Shown here: positions 41,657-56,122 of the stretch, one piece after another
Layout: each line of letters begins with the position of its first letter
Numbering within the stretch: the stretch's first letter is position 1
From: Octopus vulgaris
Taxonomy: Eukaryota
Direction: 5' to 3'
DNA length: 64,000 nucleotides
Assembly: GCA_951406725.2 (NCBI GenBank)
Contig: OX597825.1
Location: forward strand, 39,184,001 to 39,248,000
Translations under genes and position numbers: made by a program
The notes under the pieces: generated by a model
What the model was told of the DNA's origin: nothing
Database searches by the model: none
The model's input: only the letters and a program-made list of their open reading frames with translations

Positions 41657-43125
41657 TGACAAGGTATCACCAATAATCATTAAATATACAACACAATCCA
41701 TGAATAAAATGCAAACAGGGCAACAGCTCCAGACGAAAGAGGGACTCATAAGATCTAACGCCATCCCCGTTAGAAGAGTAATACTCCAGGAAAACACGAT
41801 CTCTTTACTCCTTTTCTGCTTGGCACTGACACCTTTATCTGACATGCTAAACAGAATTGGATGTGGATGCAACTGTTACAGCAAAACAATCAATCATATG
41901 AAGGATCTGAAACTGTATGCTACAAACGATAAACAGCTGGAAACATTACTTCGGACAGTACATGGATTTACCAAAGAAATAGACATAAAATTTGGTTTAG
42001 AAAAATGTCCAAAAGCAAACTTGGAAAGAGGAAAACTAGTTAAGAGTAACAACATCACACTAGATAAAACAAACGAAACCAGAGATTTAGACTGAAGCCA
42101 GACATACAAATATTTAGGAATCAATGAACTAGATATGATACAACACACACAAATGAAAGAGAAAATATAAAAAAGAATACTATAGATGAGTTAGATTAAT
42201 ACTAAAAACAGAGCTCAATGCGAAAAACAAGATAATAGTCACCAACACTCTAGCCGGCCTAGTCATAAGTTACCGCTACAATATTCTTAACTCGACTCTA
42301 AATGAACTAATCAAAATAGACAGGAAAACAAGAAAAATAATCACAAGATTTGGGATCTGCCACCTAAAACCTGACATAGAAAGCTTATACATACAACGTA
42401 TCGAAAGGGATAGAGGCCCTGTACAGCTAGAAAATATTTCAAAGTAACCACAGAAATGTCTACTTGAAAATCAAGGAAAACTGATTGAAATAGCCGCAAA
42501 ACCACGAACAAAACAAAAGCGTTTTTTTCTGTATTTAAAGAAGTTGGCAAATTCAAAAAGGAAATCATAAAGAAAAAACAACAAAAGTTGAAGAACAAAT
42601 AAAATCCAAACTAAAACTAGAAAAGCTAAGTATCATGATAAAACGATGGCAAGAAAAGCTCCTACATGACAATTATGGAGTTAAGCTAAACAGAAAAAAG
42701 ATTGACAAAGCAAAATCCCAACCGTTGCTGAGAAGCTCAAGACTGAAAGCAGGGACTGAAATATTTTAATTGCAACACAAGAGCAAAGCCTTCCTATCAT
42801 GAATCAGACACACAAAAAAACACATAATTAAAAGCAATACAAATAACTACAGAATATGTTGGGATGGAGAAGAAGCAAGAAATTATATTGTATTTGGCTG
42901 CCCATCATAGCTAAAAGGGAATATATTCACAGACACGTAAGTGATGGGGCCTATATACACTAGAAGCTATGCAACACTATGGAATAATCACAGAAATGAG
43001 TTGGTATAGAGACACTACCCAAATGGTCGCAGGAAAGGAGAAAGCAACCATAGCTTGGGATATGCCCTTACACACAGATAGAGAAATCAAGTTTAATAGA
43101 TCGGATACAGGTGTCAAAGATCACC
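41657..43125 (+). mobile_element. R4/Dong-clade LINE family B fragment
   Basis: MNKMQTGQQLQTKEGL...LLFCLALTPLSDMLNR...KFGLEKC, homologous to 33160-34680. Begins right after (TAA)n. Confidence 0.9.
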
Positions 43126-43129
43126 AAGA

Positions 43130-43660
43130 ACAAAACTAGCTCCAATGTCCCCCTTGTTCGGATCCTTTCTCAGTAGCGTCGCCACATCTCGGCTCACAGA
43201 TCCGGGTATTCTCCCATTCTGCTGCCAGTTGCTGTAGACGTCTCCCAAAAGCTCACCAAGCAAGTATGGTATATGTATATAAAGCTTGAAGTGCAGACCA
43301 TCCAATCCCTGAGAGCTCTCCCTAGTCCAACTAGTAAACGCCTCACATATGTTTTCAGCTGTTATTGGTATTTCGCGGATTTCCACGTCCCTGGCCAAAA
43401 CCTGTGTCAACTCCTAAAAGTAGTTTAGCCCCACCTCCGTGCCACCACGCGCCTCGTACATTTCTGCAAAGTGCTGCTGAAATTCCGCACAAATCTGCCT
43501 TGACTCGTGTAGCATGCGCCCGTCCCGACCACTCAATGACCGAATTCTAATTTTATTACCAACTTGCGCGTCGGTCGAGCGGGCCCATCTAACGACTTCT
43601 ATCCTCTCCGCCTTAGCTCTGACGTTGCAACCTTCATGCTTGGTGTTGAATAATAAGCTA
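43130..43660 (-). mobile_element. L1/Tx1-like LINE ORF2 RT-domain fragment
   Basis: PITAENI...SSQGLDGLHFKLY...L.DVY..WQQNGRIP...ATLLRKD, the SPGxDG region. Confidence 0.7.
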
Positions 43661-44624
43661 ACCTGTCATATCTCCCAACTTTTCATTCTTCCTTATCGCA
43701 TACCTTGTTATCAGCTGGGCATGCTATATCTATGATCCAGCATAGTTTGATTTCTTTCTCATTTATTTTCTCAAAGAACATTTAAATCTTTAGTCTCAAA
43801 ACTTGTTCAATTCCCAGGCTTCTGGTGAAGTGTGTGTAGCAATTCTGGGGGTGGGGAGGATATTTGATTACGTCAGCGTCAGAATGTTTTGTCATAGAGT
43901 TTGGTTAGAATCATGTTTTGTGTTAGTATTTGTATTGTGTTTTGTTTGTGCAGAGCAAGTTATGTCGTTTGGGTGTGTGAATTTTATGGTACATGCGTGG
44001 CTTGTAAATTTTGTTGGTTATTTATTGTATGAGTTTCTTCCTGAATGTTTTGTGGGAGTGCTGCAATGTAGTGTGCGTATAATCAGATCATTGTAGTCAT
44101 GGATACCTGTCCATCGCTCTTTTGGGGTTTGTTATTTGTTTGCGCAGTGACATTAAGAGAAGGGTCCATCGTTATAGCTTTTAATTTTTGAAACAAACAG
44201 CTACTGGGCGTGTGTTGAAATCTCTTCCAAGTACTATTACGTTCTCCTTTATTATTTGATCTCGTTTTATAGCATGCTTTTACTGAACACTTACCATATT
44301 TGTTGTTTTTTGTATCAGTGGAATGGCACTTGTCTTTGGTACAGGCATTTAAATACCATGCATTCAGTATGTGTTATCTACGCTTCAGTGTATGAGTTGC
44401 AAAAAGTTTATAATTATTATTGGTGTATAAGCGAGAAACCGAGAAACAGTAATGAGAATACGTACAGATGATTTGTAGAGATATGAATGCATATGTGATA
44501 AAGATTCTACCCACAGTTTCGCAATTTTGATATAGATGATTTGCTGTTCACGTGTTTACATATTCACACACATTTTGCTGAGGCAGCGCATCTGAGGTGT
44601 GCTTATATATATACACACACAAAC

Positions 44625-44663
<39 letters not shown>

Positions 44664-44829
44664 CGTGCGTGTGTGTGTGTTTGTGAGTATATATGTATAA
44701 GCACCCCCCCATGCACGTGCGCTGCCACAGCAAATCATCTATACCAAACTTGCGAAACTGTTAGTAGAATATTTATCACATATGCCCTATGCCTCTGGGT
44801 AATTATGGAGTGAATTTTTGGGCTTATAA

Positions 44830-45120
44830 ATCTAATATTTTTCTATCTTTCCATAATACCGGTTCCCATATGCTGCTCATATCTGCACTGTCTGCTTAGG
44901 AGGTTATTGTGTCCTAGCATATGTGCTGCTTCTTTCAGTTTTCGTATTTTCCAGGGGTGTTCTATATCTATTATTGTAAGTTCATCCTACTCGGGAAGTA
45001 GTCTCCATTTTTCCATACATGATCAGCTATACCCAATTTATCAATATCTCTTGTGTCACAGCTTTGAAATGTTCGCCTACTCTTATTTTGAGGGGACGGC
45101 ATGTTTCGTCTTTGAATAAC

Positions 45121-45176
<56 letters not shown>

Positions 45177-46203
45177 TACATCGAAAAATACCTTATGAGT
45201 AACAACCCAGGTTTGAAATTTCCCTAAGACAGCTGATGAATGCTGGAGGGTAAATCAGCCGAAACATTGTGTTAACAACAAACAAGGTGAGGACAAATAT
45301 CCGTCAAATGTAAATAATGTTCTTCACTTACAATATTCATGTTATTTGGTATAATCTGACAGTATTTGTTGCTCTTATTCAATATGACAATATCCGGCCG
45401 ACGGTGTTCGACTACACATTCCGTCTGAAAATTATAGCCCTAGAGTATAGTTACTTTTCCGTCCTCCTGCATAACTTTACTTGGTAGGTGTTCATACCAG
45501 TTCTCTGTTATTTCATTTACGGTATAAGAGTCAATGGATATACACACACTTTATCGTGCGGCGCTTGTATTCTTTTTGTTTGAGACTCTCACCAAGTGGG
45601 TCACATTTTCCACACTTTTTCCATGGAGGCTGCGTTTCTGGGTGTCAGAACTTTCAATGGTACACTTCAAATCACGCCATGCCCAGAATACTGTATTAAA
45701 CTTAACGTCCTGTGTATTCATTTCAAACTGTTCATGCATTCTCATTTCAAGGTCTTCTTTTCTTTTCTTCTCAGCTTTTTGTTTAAACTCTTCCTTGCTC
45801 ATCATTTCATCTTCATTTACACCCATATCCTTCGCGGCATATTGCAGCAGGTCTTCGTCGCTATTTAACAAATACTCGGCAAGCGTTCTCCTTTCAATCC
45901 ATACATACATAATTTTTATGTTTGCTTTAGAGTTTAGCACCCCATGCAGCGTTATCAACTTTCTTGTCCTTGTATCCAGAGTTGATATTTCCTCTTTAAT
46001 CCATTTGACGATTGACGCACTATATCTGACTACCGCAACTGCCGCGATATTCATTACGGTAATCAAATTTTCGGCATTCAGGTTGGAGTTCAACACCATC
46101 TTCTGCCTTTTTTGATATGCCTCGCTGACCTTGACTTACATTTCCCTGTGTAGAATGTCATCCAGCTTCAAAATTCCAAAATAACTATACCCACAAGCGT
46201 CGG

Positions 46204-46205
<2 letters not shown>
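44830..46205 (-). mobile_element. RLE LINE 3' portion (R4-like), interrupted at 45121-45320
   Basis: ORF 45551-46099 LNAENLITVMNIAAVAVVRYSA..VKW...LDTRTRKLITLHG; downstream WYEH and RRPDIV on the minus strand. The 5' end abuts (TTA)n. Confidence 0.85.
45121..45320 (+). mobile_element. PLE-terminus-like insertion carrying a decayed minimal hammerhead (45228-45273)
   Basis: acag-CTGATGA-a-TGCTG..CAGCc-GAAAC-ATT-gtgt. The core is intact but stems I and III carry mismatches. Confidence 0.6.
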
Positions 46206-46258
<53 letters not shown>

Positions 46259-46341
46259 GTACTGTTATTATTATTATTACTGTTATTTTTACTATTACAT
46301 CGTATTACACAATTCGATTCACTGCTACCCATATACAATCC

Positions 46342-46552
46342 GTTCTACTATAGGCGCAAGGCCAGAAATTTTGGGGAAGGGAACTAGTCGATTACATCGA
46401 CCCCAGTGTTTCACTGGTACTTATTTTACCGTCCTCGAAAGGATGAAAGCCAAAGCCGACCTCGGCGGAATTTGTACTCAGAACGTGGTGACGGGCGAAA
46501 CACCACTATGCATTTCGTCCAACGTGATACCGGATCTGTCAGCTCACCGCCA
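46342..46552 (-). mobile_element. SINE family 2
   Basis: gtcgattacatcgaccccagtg...cgaaaggatgaaagccaaagccgacctcggcggaatttg...agctcaccgcc. Confidence 0.85.
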
Positions 46553-47084
46553 TAATTAATGTATAATGAAATGAACAATATATAGAACGATATGAACCCG
46601 GGCAACTATATAAACAACATCTGTTCCGAAAACAGATTTTGAAAAATCATTCTCAGTTGTAGTGTAGCCATGTCATCAACTCCCCGCATCAGTAAATATA
46701 ATTTCATATTCAATGAACTGCAGAATGAGAAAATGAGTTAATCAAATAAATTTTAGTGAAGTTATTTGTCGTTCTACGAAAAAAACATCGAAATAATTTT
46801 TTGGCATTTACAGTTTCTATTATTATTGTATACATACCAATTGTCAAAACAGACAAAATTTTGAACGACATTTTTGTTGGTAAACTATATATTCAATCTA
46901 GAATAAAATTTAGCAAGCTTGATATAATTTTTTGAAAAATTTAGTCAGCTTCTCATCAGCTTTTGAATAAGTTTCATTTCCATTCGTGTCCGCTAATCCT
47001 TAAATAAGCGATGAAATGCATGTATTCCCTTTGCATAGATCATCAGAAAAAAGAAATAGCAGAAACAATCCCAGTAGTGATTGA

Positions 47085-47147
<63 letters not shown>

Positions 47148-47172
47148 TGTATTTACATATATTTACGTATAT

Positions 47173-47985
47173 ATTGGGTCATCCCATAAAGAATGCAGCT
47201 TTTTATGATTCTTTTATTTTTCAAAATCAAGATAAACTAAGTTCTCTAATATATATATATCCTTCTTCGTTTTCTACAATACTCTTTCATCTATCTGGTA
47301 GACTTGCAAGGCCCCTCTTCCAAATTTCACTTGTATGTGACGAAAAATACTTCTCCTGTACTGTACTATTCTCGTCTACAGATATTGTTTTTTTCTGTCC
47401 ACATTATTTTGAATAAACGATAATCAGATATGGCAGTATTCGGCAAATATGGTGGTTGGAGTGTCGTTTCCCATTAAAACTGCTCCAACCTCTGGAATAT
47501 CATCCTCGCTGTATGTGGCCAAAACTGAAACTCGGAAATTTTGTGAGGAACCTTTTGACCCAATTTGCTTACTTGCCCGATTGCACGTAGGTGTCGATGA
47601 ATAGTTCAATGACCAAATCCAAGCTTCTCTGCTAGTTCCTCAAGAGTTCGATGCGATTTTGTTCCTCCATGGTTTTCAAGACTTTCTCGTCGAACTCTAC
47701 AGATTTTCTAGGACGAGGCTCGTTTCTAGACTCGGAATTTCCGGAAAGACCCTTGACACTGGCTTACGCTTCTTACCCGATCCTCATATACTGTATTAAT
47801 ATTCCTTGCACTTGCCGTTACGTTGTTACTATTATTGAAGTTATAGAGTAAAATATAGCGAAGATGTTCCTATGTCACTTCCATAACAGCTTTGAAACAT
47901 AACTGTTAAAATCGCACTGCATTCTTCAAAACTTGCGCTAAAAATAAGTTGTAGATAAAATTAATACCCGCTTTCATGGCAAGTT
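47173..47985 (-). mobile_element. Old, internally deleted mariner remnant
   Basis: TIR-like tattgggtcatcccataa. rc gives PPYLPN.A.SDYRLF-like and LENEPRP motifs. Confidence 0.65.
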
Positions 47986-48559
47986 GATGAAGGTAGATTA
48001 TCCCGTCCCCTTCCAACTTTTAGTTCATGCAACTGAAAAAATTATTATTTATTGGGATGGATCTAAGATATGCATATACATCCGAAAACAGGGAATACGA
48101 AGGAAAGAGGTGACATTGAGAGAGAGAAAGAAAGAGAGACAGACAGACAGACAGATACACAGGCATACACAGACAGAGATATTGCAAGAGAGAGAAAGAG
48201 AGAGACGTAGTGGGAGAGAGAGACATAGAGGGAGAGAGCGAGCGAGAGAGAGACAGAGAGGGAGAGAAGGAGAGACAGAGAGAGAAATAAATCAGAATGC
48301 CTTTTAAATGAGTATTGATTGATTTGTTTTCACAGAAGTATTATCATAGAAAATACTTGTTCGAACTACGATCTTGGAGAATTACTGAATATGATATATA
48401 GTGTATATCCAAAGCAATCCAGTGAATAAGGAGAATGGTTCATCTACGCATATTTATCTACACATACTTAATATTACAGTCAATCAAAGGGTATAGATTA
48501 TTTATATATGTCCGACTTATAGTTCTATTGCATGAAATGTATCACAATCTGGTTCTATT

Positions 48560-49214
48560 TACATTCAAATTTATCACATCCTAAAAGCCTATGCAAATGC
48601 ACTCAAATTGTTGCACTTTGCTGTATTTTGAAGCGAACTGTGAAGATTTGAAAAAAGGTTTCCATTCATCCGTTTTGATATGGAGTTGAACCAAATTACA
48701 TAGTTACAAGTTTTTTAACAAGCAGAGAAATACATTAGGAAATGTTATATGTTTCCATTGGATGTTTTCTCGTTGTTGCCACAAAATAGGACTGAACACA
48801 AGGCTTTATATAACCAACGTGGGTAAAAAATTGTGGCGTGTTTCATAAAGTATGGTATATCTAAGAATATATTTTCCAATGTTTCACCCCACATTATTTG
48901 ACAGATAATTGCCAATTTTTTAAATAAAAGAGTCAGACTGGTGATCGAAAGAGTTCACATCATTGGGACATAAGTCTGTTTGATTGCGTAAAATTTACGT
49001 GAGTAAACTCAGGATAGATCGTCTAACATCCGTTGAGCTATTACTAATGCTACATAGCATATTAGATGGGATATTGATTTCCTATACTTTCTCCATGCTA
49101 AACTATTTTATAAAAGTACCTCCTCCGTAGTTTACTTCCATTCATTAACGGAATTAATGCCTTATATTTTATGGGCTTAATACATATACCAGGTGTCGTA
49201 TATCGTAAAAGTTT

Positions 49215-49263
<49 letters not shown>

Positions 49264-50080
49264 AGTTAAGCTGCATGCAGTATTGGATATTGTGATTTGA
49301 TGATGAGGACTATTAGTGTACATATATGTGTAGCGCGGATCGTCTACGTGTGCGCCTGTAAATCACATTACCATTGATGATGCATACTTTATTGATGATA
49401 ACTACGAGTTTATCCATCCCTGGAAGGAAATATCGGCTCTCTTTGAGTAAATATGTTATATTTCAAGCATTCTGTTTATCATGGGAACAATAATTTCCCT
49501 GTATACATACATCGAGGATAATTCATAGCTAGCCACCATTTTTTCACTTTTGTTCACATTAATTTTAATCCGTTTATGCGTACATACACTGGAACTCACT
49601 TAGGTTTGTCTATTATTTGTGAGCTTTTTCAAATTACTTGCTATCTTTTTCCTTTCTCTAAACGTATTCACATGTTTATAATTAGATAACCTGAAGTGAA
49701 TCCATTTCATATCAAGAAAGGTTCTGTAGTTATCTTCATAAATATGTGGAATATACTCTGGGGAATGCAGGGAAGATATTTATATGATATTCTAGATTTC
49801 CAAACATGATATATACAAGCAGTTCCTTTTTGGTTACGTTTTGAAAATATATGAAATATGGGAAAATCTTGTTTCTTAGCATAATAGAAATTGTGATATA
49901 AGATTTCTGCTAATATTACCTCTGACGTGAAAACAATGTTAGGTTTTACGAATTGATGCAAATATCGCATTTCCTCGATACATCAAATCTCAGGAATGAT
50001 TATATTCACAAACACCTTGGATGCTTATCTTCATAAGAGTGGCGTTCCACGGTGAAATTTACATGTGGAATATAATGGTG
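48560..50080 (+). pseudogene. Decayed Methuselah/adhesion-like class B GPCR pseudogene with a somatomedin-B-like Cys cluster
   Basis: LCKCTQ...CC.FEANC near 48590. From 49451: ICYISSILFIMGTIISLYTY...TIFSLLFTLILIRL...VCLLFVSFFKLLAIFFLSLNVF (TM1-3-like), later ILWG and SCFL. Confidence 0.45.
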
Positions 50081-50480
50081 TGGGGATTTATAATTTGAGC
50101 CAGCCTTTAAAACAATTATATTTCACGGCATGATACGTGTTTCAAAAACCTCTAAAATTACGCGCGTATACGAGATTACATTTAGTTAAACATGGCTCGC
50201 ATTTAGTCATTGCCTTTGTATACACGGTAATATAAGTTGTTTCATCGGAGGGATTTCAGACATAATGACATAAACTTAACAATTACTTGCTCTGAATTGT
50301 GCACGAATTTCACTAACTCTTATACGATGAAAGATATCGTGTACTACTCTTCGTAGCCGATTTCAAATTCGGGAAAGTAATTTCCACTAAATACATTTCA
50401 TTTTACTTATGTTAATGCTATAAATGCTGATGCTATAGTAAGAAGATAATGATAACAACAAACAACAGCAATAAAAAAAA

Positions 50481-50682
50481 TCCTTTGTACCATAGGCACA
50501 ATGCCTGAAATTTGACGGGAGTGGACTAATCGACCAGATCGGTTCCAGTGTTTCACTGGTACTTAATTTATCGACCCCGAAAGGATGAAATGCAAAGAAT
50601 TTGAACACAGAATGTAGGGACGGGTGAAATGCCGCTTAGTATTTCATCCAGATAGGTAACGATTCTGCCAGATCACCGTCTT
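50481..50682 (-). mobile_element. SINE family 2
   Basis: ctggtacttaatttatcgaccccgaaaggatgaaa...gattctgccagatcaccgtctt. Confidence 0.85.
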
Positions 50683-51574
50683 AATGTAAAGAGTGTCGAA
50701 ATACAGCTAAATTTTTGTCTGGCGTGATAAATTCCGTTACCTCACTGTGATAATAATAATAGTAATAATAATAATGATATGATTTTTTATTGGTCACAAG
50801 GACCGAATGCATGGAGGACAATATCGAAGAACGAGTTGCAGCAGAGAAACAAGAAAGAAAATAATACAAAAACAGGTGGATTTTATAGCGATCAAAGGGA
50901 GACTACTATCACATTAAGGGATATAATAGAGTATATATAATAGAAATTATAGAAATGAATAATAAATAAATAGGTAAGTGAATAAATAGAATCCCCAATA
51001 GCAGGAGCAACCCAATTAGGGTAATACTGGGTAAACCCCACGCTAATATCTCGGATCACTCTGCCATCCCCAATCCATGAAAAAGTGTCCTGTTGCTGTT
51101 TCTTTTGCCCTGCTTAGAAAAGCATATTAAGAATCGGTTCATTCATTTTTCAGTAATAATAGTGAATGATGATGAAGATGATGACGATGATGATCACGTA
51201 ACGGATTAAGATGATGACAACGACGAAGTTGATGATTACATTTATTGGTCACACTTGTCCAAGTCTTGCTTTTTTGCTACATTTCTTGAAAAAACTGCAG
51301 CCTTTTTAAGGTGATGATCAGCAGGAAGGTAAAATTTACACACGGAAATTTATCTCTGCACCATTAATTACTTAAGTCATAATGAGGTCGGGAAAATTCC
51401 AGTCATAATTTATATGGTCTACCTTTTAAACGTTATCAAAGATGCGGTCAAATTAATCTGACTAGCACTAACAACAAAACTTATATGTTCCACCACTGAG
51501 TTCGGCATATTTATTTACACATTACTAATTTAATCATAAAATAAGGAAAACAAATTTTAGGATTTGGTTAATCT

Positions 51575-51785
51575 TTTCTACTCTAGGTATAAGGGCCGAA
51601 AGTTTGAGGGAAGGGGCCAGTCGATTAGATCAACACCAGCGGGCAAATGATAAATAATTCATCGAACCCAAACTGATGAAAGGCTAAGTCAACCTCAGTG
51701 GAATTTGAACTTAGGACGTAAAAACATACGAAATAACACTAAGTATTTCGCCCGGCGTGCTAACATTTCTGCCAGCTCGCCGTCT
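51575..51785 (-). mobile_element. SINE family 2
   Basis: gatgaaaggctaagtcaacctc...gcccggcgtgctaac...tctgccagctcgccg. Confidence 0.8.
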
Positions 51786-51994
51786 TTTAGGATTTGGTTA
51801 ATGAAGGTTTACTCGTCGATTGTTAGAGAATCAACAATATTTTACCACTATTTACAATTCAATAAGGGGCATCATTTCACCATTTATGTATGCTAACTAT
51901 TTTCACTTCACAAATATATAATTTGAACCCAGAACATAAAACGAAAAAAATACGCTAAGGAGTCGCTCACAGTGCTAACAATTCTGTCAGCTCG

Positions 51995-52553
51995 CCGTCT
52001 GCGCAGAAAGAGTATAGGCGTAGACACGACAAGGTAGAGCAAAACCTTCACTGGCTACGAGATAACGGATGTTTGGTAGCAACATACAACCGAAAATGTA
52101 ATGGATGTAAAAAAGAAGGCAAATGACCTCTGGGACTTCAATTTTCAGAGTCAAGCTTTGAGAGTACCGAAGGCCGGATATATTAACATTTAATACATTA
52201 AGACTGCCTAATAATCAACGTGGCAATTCCAGGATATCAACATACCTTGAACGAAAGAGAAAAATGTCGACAAATATGGAGACCTGAGAACTGAGATCAC
52301 CAAGATGTGGCAACTGCGAAAGTCAAAGATCCTGTTGTCATGGGAGAATTGGATTCAATACCATCGAAACTGAAGAAACAACTGTCACTTTAGACATCTT
52401 ACTGTATTGCAAAACTAGGCCTCACTTAGAACTGCACATATAATGTATAAAGTATTGTCTGAGGTCCTTGTAACTTATCAGAGAGTACAAGCCCTCGGTA
52501 GACACAATAACTTCAATGTACATCACGATATTGGATAATGTGCGACGTCTTCA
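51995..52553 (+). mobile_element. Decayed RLE LINE 3' end
   Basis: RHDKV, LWDFNFQ, RRPDI and KYGDLRTEITKMWQL-like segments; ends in (TAA)n. Confidence 0.7.
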
Positions 52554-55767
<3,214 letters not shown>

Positions 55768-55789
55768 AATAATAATAATAATCATAATC

Positions 55790-55985
55790 CTTTCTACTAA
55801 AGGCTCAAGGCCTGAAACAGGGGAATATGTAAATCTATTAAATCGACCTCAGTTGTCTTCTGGTACTTATTTTGCCGCACCCCAAAAAGATGAAAGGCAG
55901 AGGCGAGCTTGATGCAACTTGAGTTCAGAAAGCTAAAATTACTAAGCAATTTCGGCGGTATGCTATCGATCTTGCTATCTCAAGC
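55790..55985 (-). mobile_element. SINE family 2, decayed
   Basis: ctggtacttattt...gatgaaaggcag...tgagttcagaa. Confidence 0.6.
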
Positions 55986-56122
55986 ATTTCGTAACAGCAA
56001 CAACAACAACAACAACAATAATAATGATTATAATAATTCAGATAGGGATCATAAGATAGGTATTATAGTAGTAATAGTGAAGTTATAATAGTGATCAAGA
56101 ATTACCTAGAATGATTAACAAG

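Noticed and set aside
43850-44250. Possible further LINE fragment on the minus strand
   Set aside because: Composition is LINE-like but the motifs are too degraded to assign.
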